From assembly GCA_018267625.1 (NCBI GenBank), contig JAFDYC010000037.1:21736-85735 (forward strand): a DNA stretch of 64,000 bases, in the 5' to 3' direction. Below the pieces are notes generated by a model, which was given only the letters and a program-made list of their open reading frames with translations, had not been told where the DNA came from and searched no databases. How positions within the stretch are numbered: position 1 is the stretch's first letter; the number at the start of each line of letters is the position of its first letter. Positions 15,914 to 25,757 of the stretch are shown here, piece after piece. The position numbers and the translations under genes are program-made. This DNA is from Bacteroidota bacterium. Its GTDB lineage: Bacteria; Bacteroidota; Bacteroidia; Chitinophagales; Chitinophagaceae.

Positions 15914-17950
15914 ATGAACAAACGCCTACTACTGGCATTTGCTGCGTTGCTCCTGCTGCCTGCGGGCTTGTATGCGCAGAGTTATTTTGATCTGGAGACT
16001 GACACGGCCTGCGTCGGGCAAAAGATTCATTTGGCGCCCCACACGATGAACGCCAGCAGCTACTACTGGGGCTTTTGCTCGGGATACCTGCTCAATAAGC
16101 CTATCGAAGAGAACCTTGGAGGCGGCTTTGGGTTTGATGATCCCTCTGGAATTGAAATTGCCAAGGATGGCGGCAACTACTACGGTTTTGTCGTGAATAC
16201 CAATGGCAACCAATTGCTTCGCTTAGATTTTGGAAAGAAGTTGAACAATATTCCAACGGTGACCAATTTCGGCAGTATAGACACTACGGTGCCACCCTCT
16301 CCTAATTCAGTTTATCTGATGCAAGATTCGGGCAAGTGGTTTTTGTTTGTTTGCGGTGGCGGAGGTGGAGCGCCTTCCAGCATTGCCCGTTTTGACTTCG
16401 GAAATTCCCTATCGAATGTGCCCAATGGAGTACGTTTTCCGGATGTAAATGGTTTGTTGAATGACCCGCAAGGCATTTTTGTCTCCCGGGACGGAGGCGT
16501 GTATTATGGCTTCGTCGTGAATAAAGGGAATGACCGGTTGATCCGCCTGAACTTCGGAAATAACATTTCGCGTACGCCTACTTATTTGAACCTCGGTAAT
16601 CCTGGAAATGATCTTTCTGCCGGAAATGATATTGCTCCTTTCTACGACAATGGCAATTGGTATTTCTTAGTACCCAACACCAAGAAAGTAGGTGGCGGTG
16701 GCTCCAGTTACTACAACATCAACAAAATATACTTTGGCAATACACTTTCCAATACGCCCGTGAGTACCGTAGCAACCGGCTATCGGAACTACACAGATGT
16801 GCCCACGGCGATTAGCCTGACAAAAGACTGCGGGGAGTTCAAGGCATTTGTGACGAATGCAGGGGACAATTCCATTTTACGCGTAGATATCCCGAGCCTA
16901 ACGACCAGCACCTGGTCTGGTGAAGTAGCTGTAAACAATACGTTCAATCAGCCCGAAGACATTTCCCGGATTCTGCGTGATAAGGACTCCCTGTATGCCT
17001 TTGTGATCAATCGTGGGAATAATACCTTGACGCGACTCACATTCCCCCAATGCCACAACAGCAGTATTCAATCTTCTACTGACGCCATCCCTCCTGCATA
17101 TACTTATGATACGGCCGGACGGTACAATATTCTTCTAGTAGTCAATGAAGGCCTGCCCAATATGGAAGTGGATTGCCAGCAAATTGAAATCCGCAACATA
17201 CCCCCTATGACTATAGCCCATGACACTTTGATTTGCCAGGGAGATACAGTCACCTTGTTTGCGAACACAGAAGACGCACTCAATTATTATTATAGCCCCC
17301 ATTACAACCTGACCGACACACAAGGCTCACTGGTTCGTGCTTACCCGAAACTGACGACTCAATATTTCATCAATATCCCAATGAAGGATGGCTGTATCGT
17401 GGATACTGTAATAAAAGTGGATGTGAGTGATGTACGTGCGGATGCTGGTCCCGATCGCAGCATAGCCGATGGAGCAAAAACTATCATCGGTGGCCCCAAC
17501 ACGCTCATCGCACCGAAGATGACGTATCAGTGGTCTCCTCCTGAAAATATTGACGATGTATTCAGCTTATTTCCTACAGTAAGCCCTCGTACAACCAAGA
17601 GCTATATTCTGAAAGTGACCAACACGTTGGGCTGTATTTCGATGGACACGGTAGTGGTGAAAGTGCTTTGTAATAGCTTCAACCTGCCGAATGCATTTGC
17701 ACCTGGAAACCACAGCGGTGAGCCTACGACATTTGGTATGAAAAACCGCCAGATTTCTGTGCTGTACTACTTCCGGATTTTCGACCGCTGGGGCCGTCAG
17801 GTATTCAGCACGAGCGACCCGACCAAGGAATGGGACGGCACGTACAACGGAGACCCTGCCCCCTTTGGGGTCTATGTCTGGGAAGCAGAAGGCGCTTGCG
17901 TGAATCAAGAGCGCATGAAAGCAACTGGCAACGTTACTTTAATCAGGTAG
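15914..17950 (+). CDS. Secreted repeat protein with a T9SS type B (gliding-motility-associated) C-terminal sorting domain
   Basis: Signal peptide, six propeller-like blades of about 55 aa, a PKD-like segment (YTYDTAGRYNILLVVNEG), and the C-terminus LPNAFAPGN...FRIFDRWGRQVFSTSDPTKEWDGTYNGDPAPFGVYVWEAEG, typical of type B CTDs. Confidence 0.75.
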   Translation: MNKRLLLAFAALLLLPAGLYAQSYFDLETDTACVGQKIHLAPHTMNASSYYWGFCSGYLLNKPIEENLGGGFGFDDPSGIEIAKDGGNYYGFVVNTNGNQLLRLDFGKKLNNIPTVTNFGSIDTTVPPSPNSVYLMQDSGKWFLFVCGGGGGAPSSIARFDFGNSLSNVPNGVRFPDVNGLLNDPQGIFVSRDGGVYYGFVVNKGNDRLIRLNFGNNISRTPTYLNLGNPGNDLSAGNDIAPFYDNGNWYFLVPNTKKVGGGGSSYYNINKIYFGNTLSNTPVSTVATGYRNYTDVPTAISLTKDCGEFKAFVTNAGDNSILRVDIPSLTTSTWSGEVAVNNTFNQPEDISRILRDKDSLYAFVINRGNNTLTRLTFPQCHNSSIQSSTDAIPPAYTYDTAGRYNILLVVNEGLPNMEVDCQQIEIRNIPPMTIAHDTLICQGDTVTLFANTEDALNYYYSPHYNLTDTQGSLVRAYPKLTTQYFINIPMKDGCIVDTVIKVDVSDVRADAGPDRSIADGAKTIIGGPNTLIAPKMTYQWSPPENIDDVFSLFPTVSPRTTKSYILKVTNTLGCISMDTVVVKVLCNSFNLPNAFAPGNHSGEPTTFGMKNRQISVLYYFRIFDRWGRQVFSTSDPTKEWDGTYNGDPAPFGVYVWEAEGACVNQERMKATGNVTLIR

Positions 17951-17973
17951 CGTTTCTAATCCAAGTACCTTAG

Positions 17974-18008
17974 CGGCGCAGCCTCACACAGGCTGCGCCG
18001 TTTTATTT
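17974..18008 (+). terminator. Intrinsic terminator
   Basis: Perfect 10-bp stem cggcgcagcc (17974-17983) / ggctgcgccg (17991-18000), 7-nt loop, then TTTTATTT. Confidence 0.8.
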
Positions 18009-18305
18009 ATGACTGCCTATATGTTTCAGTTGGAATTGCCGGCTATGACGGATGAAATTGAAGCGGTTATTCCCCAACAAAGGCTGCGGATTTCCGCACT
18101 CTTCTCAGAGGGCAGGCTCATTACATACAGCCTCGCCCAGTCTCAGAAAATGATTTGGTGCGTGGTGATGGCGACAGATGAGCAAGACGCAATGGAGCTC
18201 GTAGCCAGCTTCCCATTGCACCCCTTTTTTACAGAAGTACTTTGCCAGGCACTGCGCTTTCATAATACCGTCTCATCCTCCTTGCCGGATATTTCACTGA
18301 ATTAA
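18009..18305 (+). CDS. Small protein, muconolactone-isomerase-like fold family (hypothetical)
   Basis: 98 aa: MFQLELPAMTDEIEAVIPQQRLRISALFSEGRLITYSL...FPLHPFF. The family call is from memory of similar Bacteroidota proteins. The start may instead be the ATG at 18021. The gene begins immediately after a terminator tail. Confidence 0.45.
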   Translation: MTAYMFQLELPAMTDEIEAVIPQQRLRISALFSEGRLITYSLAQSQKMIWCVVMATDEQDAMELVASFPLHPFFTEVLCQALRFHNTVSSSLPDISLN

Positions 18306-18373
18306 TGCCGCGTGTCAATTAAGGCATACAGCCATTGTCCATACTAATATTGTCCAAAACTCAGAGGTTCCCC

Positions 18374-20491
18374 ATGAAGCGAATTCTCCTTCCCGCCTTA
18401 CTCATGTCTTTCCAGCTTTCAGCTCAGACCAGCCCTGATTTTTTGGGCCAGTATCCATTTACTCATACAGTACCCCAGGTGGACACTTTCTTTGGTACGA
18501 TAGTCCATGACCCATACCGCTGGCTGGAAGATGACCGCTCTGAAGAAACCCATGATTGGGTGGTAGCAGAAAATAAAGTGACGGATGCCTACCTCGCTCA
18601 GATTCCATTCCGCGATGCGATTCGCAAACGCCTGACGGAACTCTGGAATTATGAAAAGTATTCTGCGCCCTTTCACGAAGGAGCATACACTTATTTCTTC
18701 AAGAATGACGGGTTGCAAAACCAGAGCGTGCTTTATCGCCAGAAAGGGAATAGCCCGGCAGAAATTTTTCTGAATCCAAATACCTTTTCAAAAGATGGCA
18801 CTTCTTCACTGGCAGGAATTTATTTTTCAAAAGATGGCTCGCTCTGCACGTACCTTATTTCTGAAGGAGGCTCTGACTGGAATAAAGGGGTTATCCTGGA
18901 TGTGAAGAATGGACGTCAATTAGGCGACACACTTCGGAACCTGAAATTCAGTGACATCGCCTGGAAGCACAATGATGGATTTTATTACTGCACCTATGAT
19001 AAGCCAGCAGGCTCGCAACTCAGCGCCAAAACAGAACATCATAAACTGATGTATCATAAACTGGGAACGCCTCAGAGCAACGACATACTCATTTTCGGAG
19101 GGGAAACCACGCCTCGTCGTTATTTAAGTGCTGCAGTCACAGAGGATCAGCAATTCCTAGTCATCTCTGCAGCAAATGCCACCTACGGCAATGAACTTTA
19201 TATCCAAAACCTGACGATGGAAAAGGCACCCATTCAGCCCATCGTTACAGGCTATGAGCATGAACAGAATGTGCTCTGGAGTCATAATGGCAAGCTCTAT
19301 ATCACAACCAATCAGGGGGCGCCGAACCGCAAGCTTGTAGTGGCCGATGCCGCGCATCCTCAATCCTCGGGGTGGAAGGATATCATTCCAGAAAAAAACT
19401 TCCCACTTGAAGTGAGCACCTGCGGGGGAAAGTTCTTTGCCCGCTACACCGAAGATGCCGTCAGCAAGGTGTATCAATATTCAACAGAAGGAAAGATGGA
19501 ACGTGAAATCCATTTGCCGGGCCTCGGTACGGCCAGTGGTTTTTCGGGTAAGCAGAATGAACAAGAACTCTACTACACCTTCACTTCCTACATCTTCCCG
19601 CCTACCATTTTTCATTATGACTTACTCAGCGGAAAGACGAGGGTGTTTAAGAAGCCGGCTGTGAAGTTTGATCCCGCTCTTTATGAGAGTAAGCAAGTGA
19701 AATACACCTCTGAGGATGGCACGGTCATACCGATGATTCTTACATACCGGAAAGGCTTGAAGTTGGATGGAAAAAATCCGACGATGCTCTATGGCTATGG
19801 GGGGTTCAACATTTCCGTCACCCCTACCTTTTCCGTCTCCAACCTCAGCTTTATGGAAGCCGGCGGGGTGTATGCAGTGGCTAATATCCGGGGTGGAGGT
19901 GAGTATGGCGACCAGTGGCATAATGCCGGTATCAAGATGCACAAGCAAAACGTCTTTAATGATTTTTTTGCCGCTGCCGAATACCTGATTCAAAACAAAT
20001 ACACCAGCCCCGAGCGTCTTGCCATTTCAGGTGCTTCTAACGGCGGCCTGCTGATTGGTGCTTCTATTACCCAGCGTCCGGAATTGTTCCGGGTGGCCTT
20101 CCCTCAAGTAGGTGTTTTGGATATGCTCCGTTACAACAAATTCACCGCCGGTGCAGGCTGGGCCTATGATTATGGTACGGCCAATGACAGCAAAGAGATG
20201 TTTGAATATCTCTACAAATACTCCCCGGTTCATAACGTGCGTAAAGGCACCTGCTATCCTTCTACTTTGGTGATGACAGGCGACCATGATGACCGTGTGG
20301 TTCCGGCACACTCATTCAAGTTTGCAGCAGCATTGCAAGCAGATCAGTCCTGCAAGCACCCTACCCTGATTCGTATTGAAACAAAAGCCGGCCATGGTGC
20401 GGGAAAGCCGACCTCGATGCTCATTGACGAGCAGACGGACAAGTGGGCTTTCCTGTTTTGGAATATGGGCTTAGGGTATTCAGCCCGATAA
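18374..20491 (+). CDS. Prolyl oligopeptidase (S9A)
   Basis: DPYRWLEDDRSEE near the N-terminus, catalytic Ser GASNGGLL, and C-terminal GDHDDRV and GHG. The ATG at 18374 gives the signal peptide MKRILLPALLMSFQLSAQ. Confidence 0.9.
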   Translation: MKRILLPALLMSFQLSAQTSPDFLGQYPFTHTVPQVDTFFGTIVHDPYRWLEDDRSEETHDWVVAENKVTDAYLAQIPFRDAIRKRLTELWNYEKYSAPFHEGAYTYFFKNDGLQNQSVLYRQKGNSPAEIFLNPNTFSKDGTSSLAGIYFSKDGSLCTYLISEGGSDWNKGVILDVKNGRQLGDTLRNLKFSDIAWKHNDGFYYCTYDKPAGSQLSAKTEHHKLMYHKLGTPQSNDILIFGGETTPRRYLSAAVTEDQQFLVISAANATYGNELYIQNLTMEKAPIQPIVTGYEHEQNVLWSHNGKLYITTNQGAPNRKLVVADAAHPQSSGWKDIIPEKNFPLEVSTCGGKFFARYTEDAVSKVYQYSTEGKMEREIHLPGLGTASGFSGKQNEQELYYTFTSYIFPPTIFHYDLLSGKTRVFKKPAVKFDPALYESKQVKYTSEDGTVIPMILTYRKGLKLDGKNPTMLYGYGGFNISVTPTFSVSNLSFMEAGGVYAVANIRGGGEYGDQWHNAGIKMHKQNVFNDFFAAAEYLIQNKYTSPERLAISGASNGGLLIGASITQRPELFRVAFPQVGVLDMLRYNKFTAGAGWAYDYGTANDSKEMFEYLYKYSPVHNVRKGTCYPSTLVMTGDHDDRVVPAHSFKFAAALQADQSCKHPTLIRIETKAGHGAGKPTSMLIDEQTDKWAFLFWNMGLGYSAR

Positions 20492-20513
20492 TGATTGTTG
20501 TTTTCCAAAGTGT

Positions 20514-20546
20514 CGTCTCAACTAGGTGTTGAGGCGGCTTTCTTTC
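20514..20546 (+). terminator. Probable intrinsic terminator of the prolyl oligopeptidase gene
   Basis: 9-bp stem cgtctcaac / gttgaggcg (one G-U pair), 5-nt loop, then GCTTTCTTTC. Confidence 0.5.
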
Positions 20547-20587
20547 GGATACCTTGCTTCGCTTAAAGCCCGGTAAAGAACCGAACC

Positions 20588-20608
20588 CTGAAGGGAGCGT
20601 CGCAACGG
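20588..20608. repeat. 21-nt exact repeat, copy 1 (ctgaagggagcgtcgcaacgg)
   Basis: The identical 21-mer also occurs at 62319-62339 in the same orientation. Both copies lie in convergent intergenic spacers between a plus-strand and a minus-strand terminator. Confidence 0.9.
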
Positions 20609-20667
20609 CAGCTCTATAGCGAGCGAAAAGCTGACTCAAAAAACAAGACTATTTCTGCGGGTTAGAT

Positions 20668-20704
20668 CCAAAAAAATCGAGGCCACTTTTTTAGAAGTAG
20701 CCTC
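20668..20704 (-). terminator. Intrinsic terminator of the M16 peptidase gene
   Basis: 10-bp stem gaggccactt / aagtagcctc (one mismatch), 6-nt loop, with a U-run on the minus strand (plus-strand A6 at 20671-20676). Confidence 0.6.
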
Positions 20705-20727
20705 GTGTTATCAGGAAGTATTTCTGC

Positions 20728-23544
20728 TTATAGTTCCGGGTTCAGGATGGCTGTGAATTCATTCTGCCCATTGAAAACTTCGTGGGCTGTTTGTTGTAGT
20801 TGTTCAGAGCTGAGGCTGTCAATCCATTGGTCGTATTGGAGTATGTGGCTGCGGTCGCGACCGAGGTAGAGGATTTGTTGCAGGGCAGATGTCCAGTAGC
20901 CGTTTTCCTTCATGTTCACTTTATGTTTTTCGTGCCATTGACTCTTCACTTTTTCCAGGTTTTTAGGATCCACGCCTTGTTGCTGGATGTTTTTGATTTC
21001 TTCTGCGGAGGCGTTCAGGAGCTTGTCCACATTTTCGGGGCCACAGGGCAGGGACAAAATCATGCTGAAATGGGCGTAAGGCTCCTTGCTGACCTGAGCC
21101 TGGAAGCCTCCGGCGTAGATGCTGCCTAGTTTTTCGCGCAGGTCTTCAATCACCTTTATGTTGAGTACCTCAGCGAGGGCTTCTGCCCGAAGTTGAAAGT
21201 CTTCGTTGTAGGGGTGTTCTCCGTGATATATTTCCAGGATCAAGCTTTTCTTTTCCTTGCCTTTATTCATCACTAACTTTTTCTTGCCTTCAATGGGGCG
21301 GACTCCGTTGTCCTTGAAAGTGGGCGTTTGGCCGCTGGCAGGGAGGCTGCCGAGGTACGTTTCCAGCAGGGGGAGGGCCGTGGCTGTATCTACGTTTCCG
21401 ACGATGAAAAATTCGAATCCCCTGGCATCGCCAAATTCATTTTTATAAATCTCCAGGGCGCGTTCTAAGTGAATGGCATCGAAGTCTGCCGGCTTCGGCA
21501 CGGCAGATGGAGCCAGCGGGTTGTGGTTGTAGAGTACTCCGATGGTGCTGTCAATAAATGCGATTTGTGGGGAGGCAGAGAGGAACTGGAGTTGTTGTTT
21601 TTGCTTCAGGCGAAAAGCATCGAAGAGTGCTTCATCCTTTCTTGGATTAGTCAATTGGAGGTAGAGGTATTGCAGCATCGTCTCGAAATCCTTCACATTG
21701 CTGGAGCCGCTGATGTTGTCATGGATAGCGCCCAAACTGGTATTCACATCGGCCACTTTGCCCGCCAAAATTTGTTCGATTTGAGTGGGCGTAAAAGCGC
21801 CATAGCCCATGGCATCCACTACGGAAGTAGCATATTGTGCGTTTTGCTTGTCAGCAACTCCGTAATTATTCGTTCCGCCTTTTTTCATGCCGCTCAGGCG
21901 GATTTCATCGCTTTTGAAGTCGGTGGTTTTGATAGTCACCTTGATTCCGTTGCTGAATGTGAACGTGGTGGCGCCTAGTGCAGGTTCCGCCTGTCTTGCA
22001 GTTAGCTTCCCGGGCGTTGGCACTTTTTCTAAAAGAGATTTAGCTACCGCTTCTTCTTTGTTTGCTTCTACTTTTTGTGCGAATGCTTTTTGGGAATAAG
22101 CAAGCAGTTGGGCATTAGTTGGCAAAGGCAGGCTTTGCTTTTGAGGGGCCGTAATCAGTGTGAAGGTGTTCAGGCTACTCATCCATTTTTTTGGTAGGGC
22201 CGACACTTCAGCAGCGGTAATGCCCGGCAACAATTCCTTGTAATAAGAGTACTCATTGCTCAGGCCCGGCATCGCCTCGCCATTCAGGAAATTGCGGATA
22301 TACTCTTCGGCATACACCTGGCTGGGCGTGGTTTTTCGTTCGTTATACATTTTATCCATGCCCGCCATCAGTTCTGCTTTTGCCCGTTCCAATTCAGCAT
22401 CTGAAAAGCCATAGTCGCGGGCTTTGAGCAGTTCGGCAACCATGGCGTCTAAGGGTTTTTGCACCCCCTCTGTGCTGAAAGTGGTAGAGGCAGTGAAGCT
22501 TTGGTAGCCGTGAATCATATCATCGAAACCGGCGAAAGCATAGGCGAAAGGAGGTGTGGCACTTTGAGACAAATCACGCAGGCGGCGGTTGATGATGCTG
22601 AGGGCCAGACCGCGCATCAGGGAATGGCGGTAGTCGCCGAGGCTCTTATCTTCTTCATGTTTCTGTACCGGGAAGAGGATTTGCAGAGAAGGGCTGATGG
22701 CTTCTTTATCGCTCACCACCATAGCTTCTGCCTTAGCACGCGGTGTTGCGGAGATATAATTACGCGGGCGTTCATTGGCCGGGTTCTTCAGGTCTTTGAA
22801 ATGCCTGGTGATTAGAGAAAGGGCCGTGGCGGAATCAATGTCCCCCACCACAATCACTGCTTGCAGGTCGGGGCGGTACCAGTCGTGGTAAAAGCGACGA
22901 AGCACATCCGGCTTAAAAGTTTTGAGGATTTCGTCTTTGCCAATAGGCAGGCGTTCCGCATAGAGGGTACCAGAGGCGTATTTGGGGAAATATTTTTTCA
23001 GCATACGGTCGTCAGCACCCTTGCCGAGGCGGCTTTCTTCCAGCACCACACCGCGCTCTTCGTTGATGTCTTTATCGGTGAGCAAGGCATTGTGTGCCCA
23101 GTCTTCCACAATTTGAAATCCCTTTTCCAGGTTGCCGGGTTTGTCGGTCGGGATTGGGAGGATGTACACCGTCTCATCGAAGCTGGTGTAGGCATTCAGG
23201 TCGGCCCCAAACTCCACGCCGATGCTTTGCAGATAGCTCACCAATTCATTCTTCTTAAAATGCAGCAGCCCATTGAAGTTCATGTGCTCCATGAAGTGAG
23301 CCAGGCCAAGCTGGTCCGGCGTTTCGAGGATAGAGCCTGCCTTCACTACGAGCCGCAGTTCCACCTTTTGTTCGGGTTTTTTATTGTGGCGGAAGTAGTA
23401 GGTCAGTCCGTTGGGGAAAGTGCCCTTGATGACCTGCGGGTCCTGGGGCAAAGGCTGGTTGAGGTCTTGTGCATAGCCAGAAATAGAAAACGCGCAAAAG
23501 GCTGACAAAAGCAGGCAGCGTAGGGCGCGGAATGGGTGCGACAT
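20728..23544 (-). CDS. M16-family (pitrilysin/insulinase-like) zinc peptidase, double-length form
   Basis: Inverted zinc motif HFMEHMNFNG (HxxEH). About 940 aa. The ATG at 23544 gives the signal peptide MSHPFRALRCLLLSAFCAFSISGYAQ. Confidence 0.85.
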   Translation of the reverse strand: MSHPFRALRCLLLSAFCAFSISGYAQDLNQPLPQDPQVIKGTFPNGLTYYFRHNKKPEQKVELRLVVKAGSILETPDQLGLAHFMEHMNFNGLLHFKKNELVSYLQSIGVEFGADLNAYTSFDETVYILPIPTDKPGNLEKGFQIVEDWAHNALLTDKDINEERGVVLEESRLGKGADDRMLKKYFPKYASGTLYAERLPIGKDEILKTFKPDVLRRFYHDWYRPDLQAVIVVGDIDSATALSLITRHFKDLKNPANERPRNYISATPRAKAEAMVVSDKEAISPSLQILFPVQKHEEDKSLGDYRHSLMRGLALSIINRRLRDLSQSATPPFAYAFAGFDDMIHGYQSFTASTTFSTEGVQKPLDAMVAELLKARDYGFSDAELERAKAELMAGMDKMYNERKTTPSQVYAEEYIRNFLNGEAMPGLSNEYSYYKELLPGITAAEVSALPKKWMSSLNTFTLITAPQKQSLPLPTNAQLLAYSQKAFAQKVEANKEEAVAKSLLEKVPTPGKLTARQAEPALGATTFTFSNGIKVTIKTTDFKSDEIRLSGMKKGGTNNYGVADKQNAQYATSVVDAMGYGAFTPTQIEQILAGKVADVNTSLGAIHDNISGSSNVKDFETMLQYLYLQLTNPRKDEALFDAFRLKQKQQLQFLSASPQIAFIDSTIGVLYNHNPLAPSAVPKPADFDAIHLERALEIYKNEFGDARGFEFFIVGNVDTATALPLLETYLGSLPASGQTPTFKDNGVRPIEGKKKLVMNKGKEKKSLILEIYHGEHPYNEDFQLRAEALAEVLNIKVIEDLREKLGSIYAGGFQAQVSKEPYAHFSMILSLPCGPENVDKLLNASAEEIKNIQQQGVDPKNLEKVKSQWHEKHKVNMKENGYWTSALQQILYLGRDRSHILQYDQWIDSLSSEQLQQTAHEVFNGQNEFTAILNPEL

Positions 23545-23653
23545 ATGGGATTCGTTTGTGCGAATGTAGCGGGAGAAAAAGCTTAGTGTGGTTCCCCGAG
23601 TCCTGAAGCATTTGCTTGGTTGGGAAAAGAAGAAAGGAAATACTAAAGGCATG

Positions 23654-23680
23654 AAAAAAGCCGCGACCCCAAGGCCGCGA
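23654..23680 (-). terminator. Possible intrinsic terminator after the lipoprotein gene
   Basis: cgcgacc/ggccgcg hairpin (one mismatch) followed on the minus strand by a U6 run. Weak. Confidence 0.4.
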
Positions 23681-23705
23681 CTCAGAAAAAAACTTTCCTA
23701 AATCC

Positions 23706-24215
23706 TCAGTTACAAGTCACCGAAGTGGCAATCTTCATGGAGTCGCTTACCCCGCCATTGGAATAGTAAAATACCAGGTTTTCGAAGCTTATCTTTTTCT
23801 TGCCGCCCGATTCGCTGACGCGTACGGTGCCATTCAGGAAGCTATTGTTATAGCCCCGGAAAGTGAGGTTGGAAGCCGCAATTCCAGTGGGTAGATTACC
23901 ATAGTTGCTAAACGATTGGATATTGTAGTCGCCGGCTGCAGGCTCAGTCTTCCAGGCAACAGACAGCCGATCGTATGCAGGCCCGCCAACATCAAAGAAG
24001 GCTCTGACAGACCAAAAGGTTCCCACCGAGTTGGTCTCGGTTCCGCAGGTGATGTTGTTGAATGACGTGCTGGAGTCGCCAACGCCAGTTTTGCTGTAGC
24101 GCATCGTGTTTTCCGGGAGTGAGCCACCACCGCCGCCGCCAGGGTTGCTGTCATCTTTCTTGCAGGCAACGAAAAATAGGCTGCAGGCAATCATTAAGCT
24201 GAATAATCGTCTCAT
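23706..24215 (-). CDS. Hypothetical lipoprotein
   Basis: The ATG at 24215 gives MRRLFSLMIACSLFFVAC (lipobox), followed by a Gly6 linker. No family recognised. Confidence 0.6.
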   Translation of the reverse strand: MRRLFSLMIACSLFFVACKKDDSNPGGGGGGSLPENTMRYSKTGVGDSSTSFNNITCGTETNSVGTFWSVRAFFDVGGPAYDRLSVAWKTEPAAGDYNIQSFSNYGNLPTGIAASNLTFRGYNNSFLNGTVRVSESGGKKKISFENLVFYYSNGGVSDSMKIATSVTCN

Positions 24216-24518
24216 GATGTAAGGGGTTTTATTTTTTGAAATAGGTTCAAGACAGCGAATTAGCTGCGCTGTAAAAATATTTGGGCGGAGCAGTTCTTTA
24301 AATGTGAGAATAGTAGTAGCCATCCCACAAAAGCATTTGTTTTCTGTAAGTGCAACTTGGAATGACGCACACTCCTTAGCCCATTATTAGCAGATGAGGT
24401 CAGCATCCTGAAAAAGTGGGGCAACACACGATACTGTCCGTTAGTTCACCGCTTAGTGCCTCAGCTGCCCCCTTTTCATTCCCCTACCTTTGCGCCTCCC
24501 TGCATATATCCTTTACTG

Positions 24519-25556
24519 ATGCCTATTTCCTTCCGCCGCCTCGGTTTCCTGCTGCTACCTGCCCTTTGTCTTCTGGCTTCTTGCTCCGAAGATTTTAAAA
24601 TTGCCGCTTCCTACAAGCCGGTTACGGTGGTCTATGGCTTGATGAACATGGACGATACCGCCCATTACATCCGGATTCAAAAAGCCTTTTTAGATGAAAA
24701 CAAAAGCGCTTTGGATATGGCACAAGTGGCGGACTCAAATTTCTATTCGTCACTGGAAGTGCACCTCAGGGAGCTTCAAAGCGGCGCAATAGTGCATGAT
24801 GAAATATTGTCCCGGGTGGACCTGAACCAGGAAGGTTATCAGAAAGATTCAGGTGTGTTCTTCTCGGCCCCCAACTACGCCTACAAGACAACCCGCACGC
24901 TAAACCCAGCCTACACCTACCGCTTAGTCATCATCAACCAAAGCACCGGGGAAGCCGATTCAGCAGAGACGGGTATCGTGCCGGATAATTTCCGGGTGGA
25001 TGAATTTATGTTCCGTTATGAACTGGTTTTCCCAGCCGTTTCTGACCGGAGCAATTTTTCTCTGACAGTAAGTGTCCCCGGTAATGCACAAACTTTTGAA
25101 GGCATTATCCGCTTCAATTATGTGGACAAGAATGTCATCACCAACCAGCAGACAGACCACAGCCTGGACTGGAGCTTTGCCACTACCGATGCTACCCCGG
25201 GCAAAGCAAGCGTCATCCTGAGCACCTCTCAGCGCTCCTTCTATTCCTTCCTGCACTCAGCAATCCCGGATGCACCCAATGGCATCGAACGCTACATGGA
25301 TACGGCTCAGATATTCGTTTGGACCGGCAGCACGGAATATTCTTTATTCAAAAAAATTAATGGTGCAGAAGGCGGACTTACGGCAGACCAAATCCGCCCC
25401 ATCTATACCAATATCAAGGGGAAAAACGTGTATGGCCTCTTTGCCAGCCGCGCCATGCGCTCCTACTATGCACCGGTGAGCGATCTGACCCTCGATTCGC
25501 TCATGAGCAACTCCGTCACCCTGCCGCTCAATTTCAAAGGCCGCTCCGACCATTGA
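24519..25556 (+). CDS. Hypothetical lipoprotein (DUF4249-like)
   Basis: The ATG at 24519 gives MPISFRRLGFLLLPALCLLASC (lipobox). KPVTVVYGLMNMDD...IRIQKAF resembles the DUF4249 N-terminal strand pattern. The family call is tentative. Confidence 0.5.
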   Translation: MPISFRRLGFLLLPALCLLASCSEDFKIAASYKPVTVVYGLMNMDDTAHYIRIQKAFLDENKSALDMAQVADSNFYSSLEVHLRELQSGAIVHDEILSRVDLNQEGYQKDSGVFFSAPNYAYKTTRTLNPAYTYRLVIINQSTGEADSAETGIVPDNFRVDEFMFRYELVFPAVSDRSNFSLTVSVPGNAQTFEGIIRFNYVDKNVITNQQTDHSLDWSFATTDATPGKASVILSTSQRSFYSFLHSAIPDAPNGIERYMDTAQIFVWTGSTEYSLFKKINGAEGGLTADQIRPIYTNIKGKNVYGLFASRAMRSYYAPVSDLTLDSLMSNSVTLPLNFKGRSDH

Positions 25557-25590
25557 CAGGCTTTCAGGCTTATTCGCGATTGAATGACTT

Positions 25591-25620
25591 GCCTTGCAGA
25601 AATGCAAGGCTTTTTCTTTC
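25591..25620 (+). terminator. Intrinsic terminator
   Basis: gccttgca-gaaa-tgcaaggc perfect 8-bp stem, followed by TTTTTCTTTC. Confidence 0.75.
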
Positions 25621-25757
25621 ATTCTGGCAGCAAGTCGTGACAATTTTTCCATGCTCCGGGCCATGGCACTTTTATTGCCTCATGGGCACTGACTGAGCCT
25701 GCCCGCAGCAGCCAGCACCCATATCCCAGTATTCAACACAAATAAATCATAAGAGAC

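Noticed and set aside
24124-24143. GC-rich codon run encoding Gly6 in the lipoprotein gene.
   Set aside because: It is consistent with a flexible linker after the lipobox Cys and is not a repeat element.
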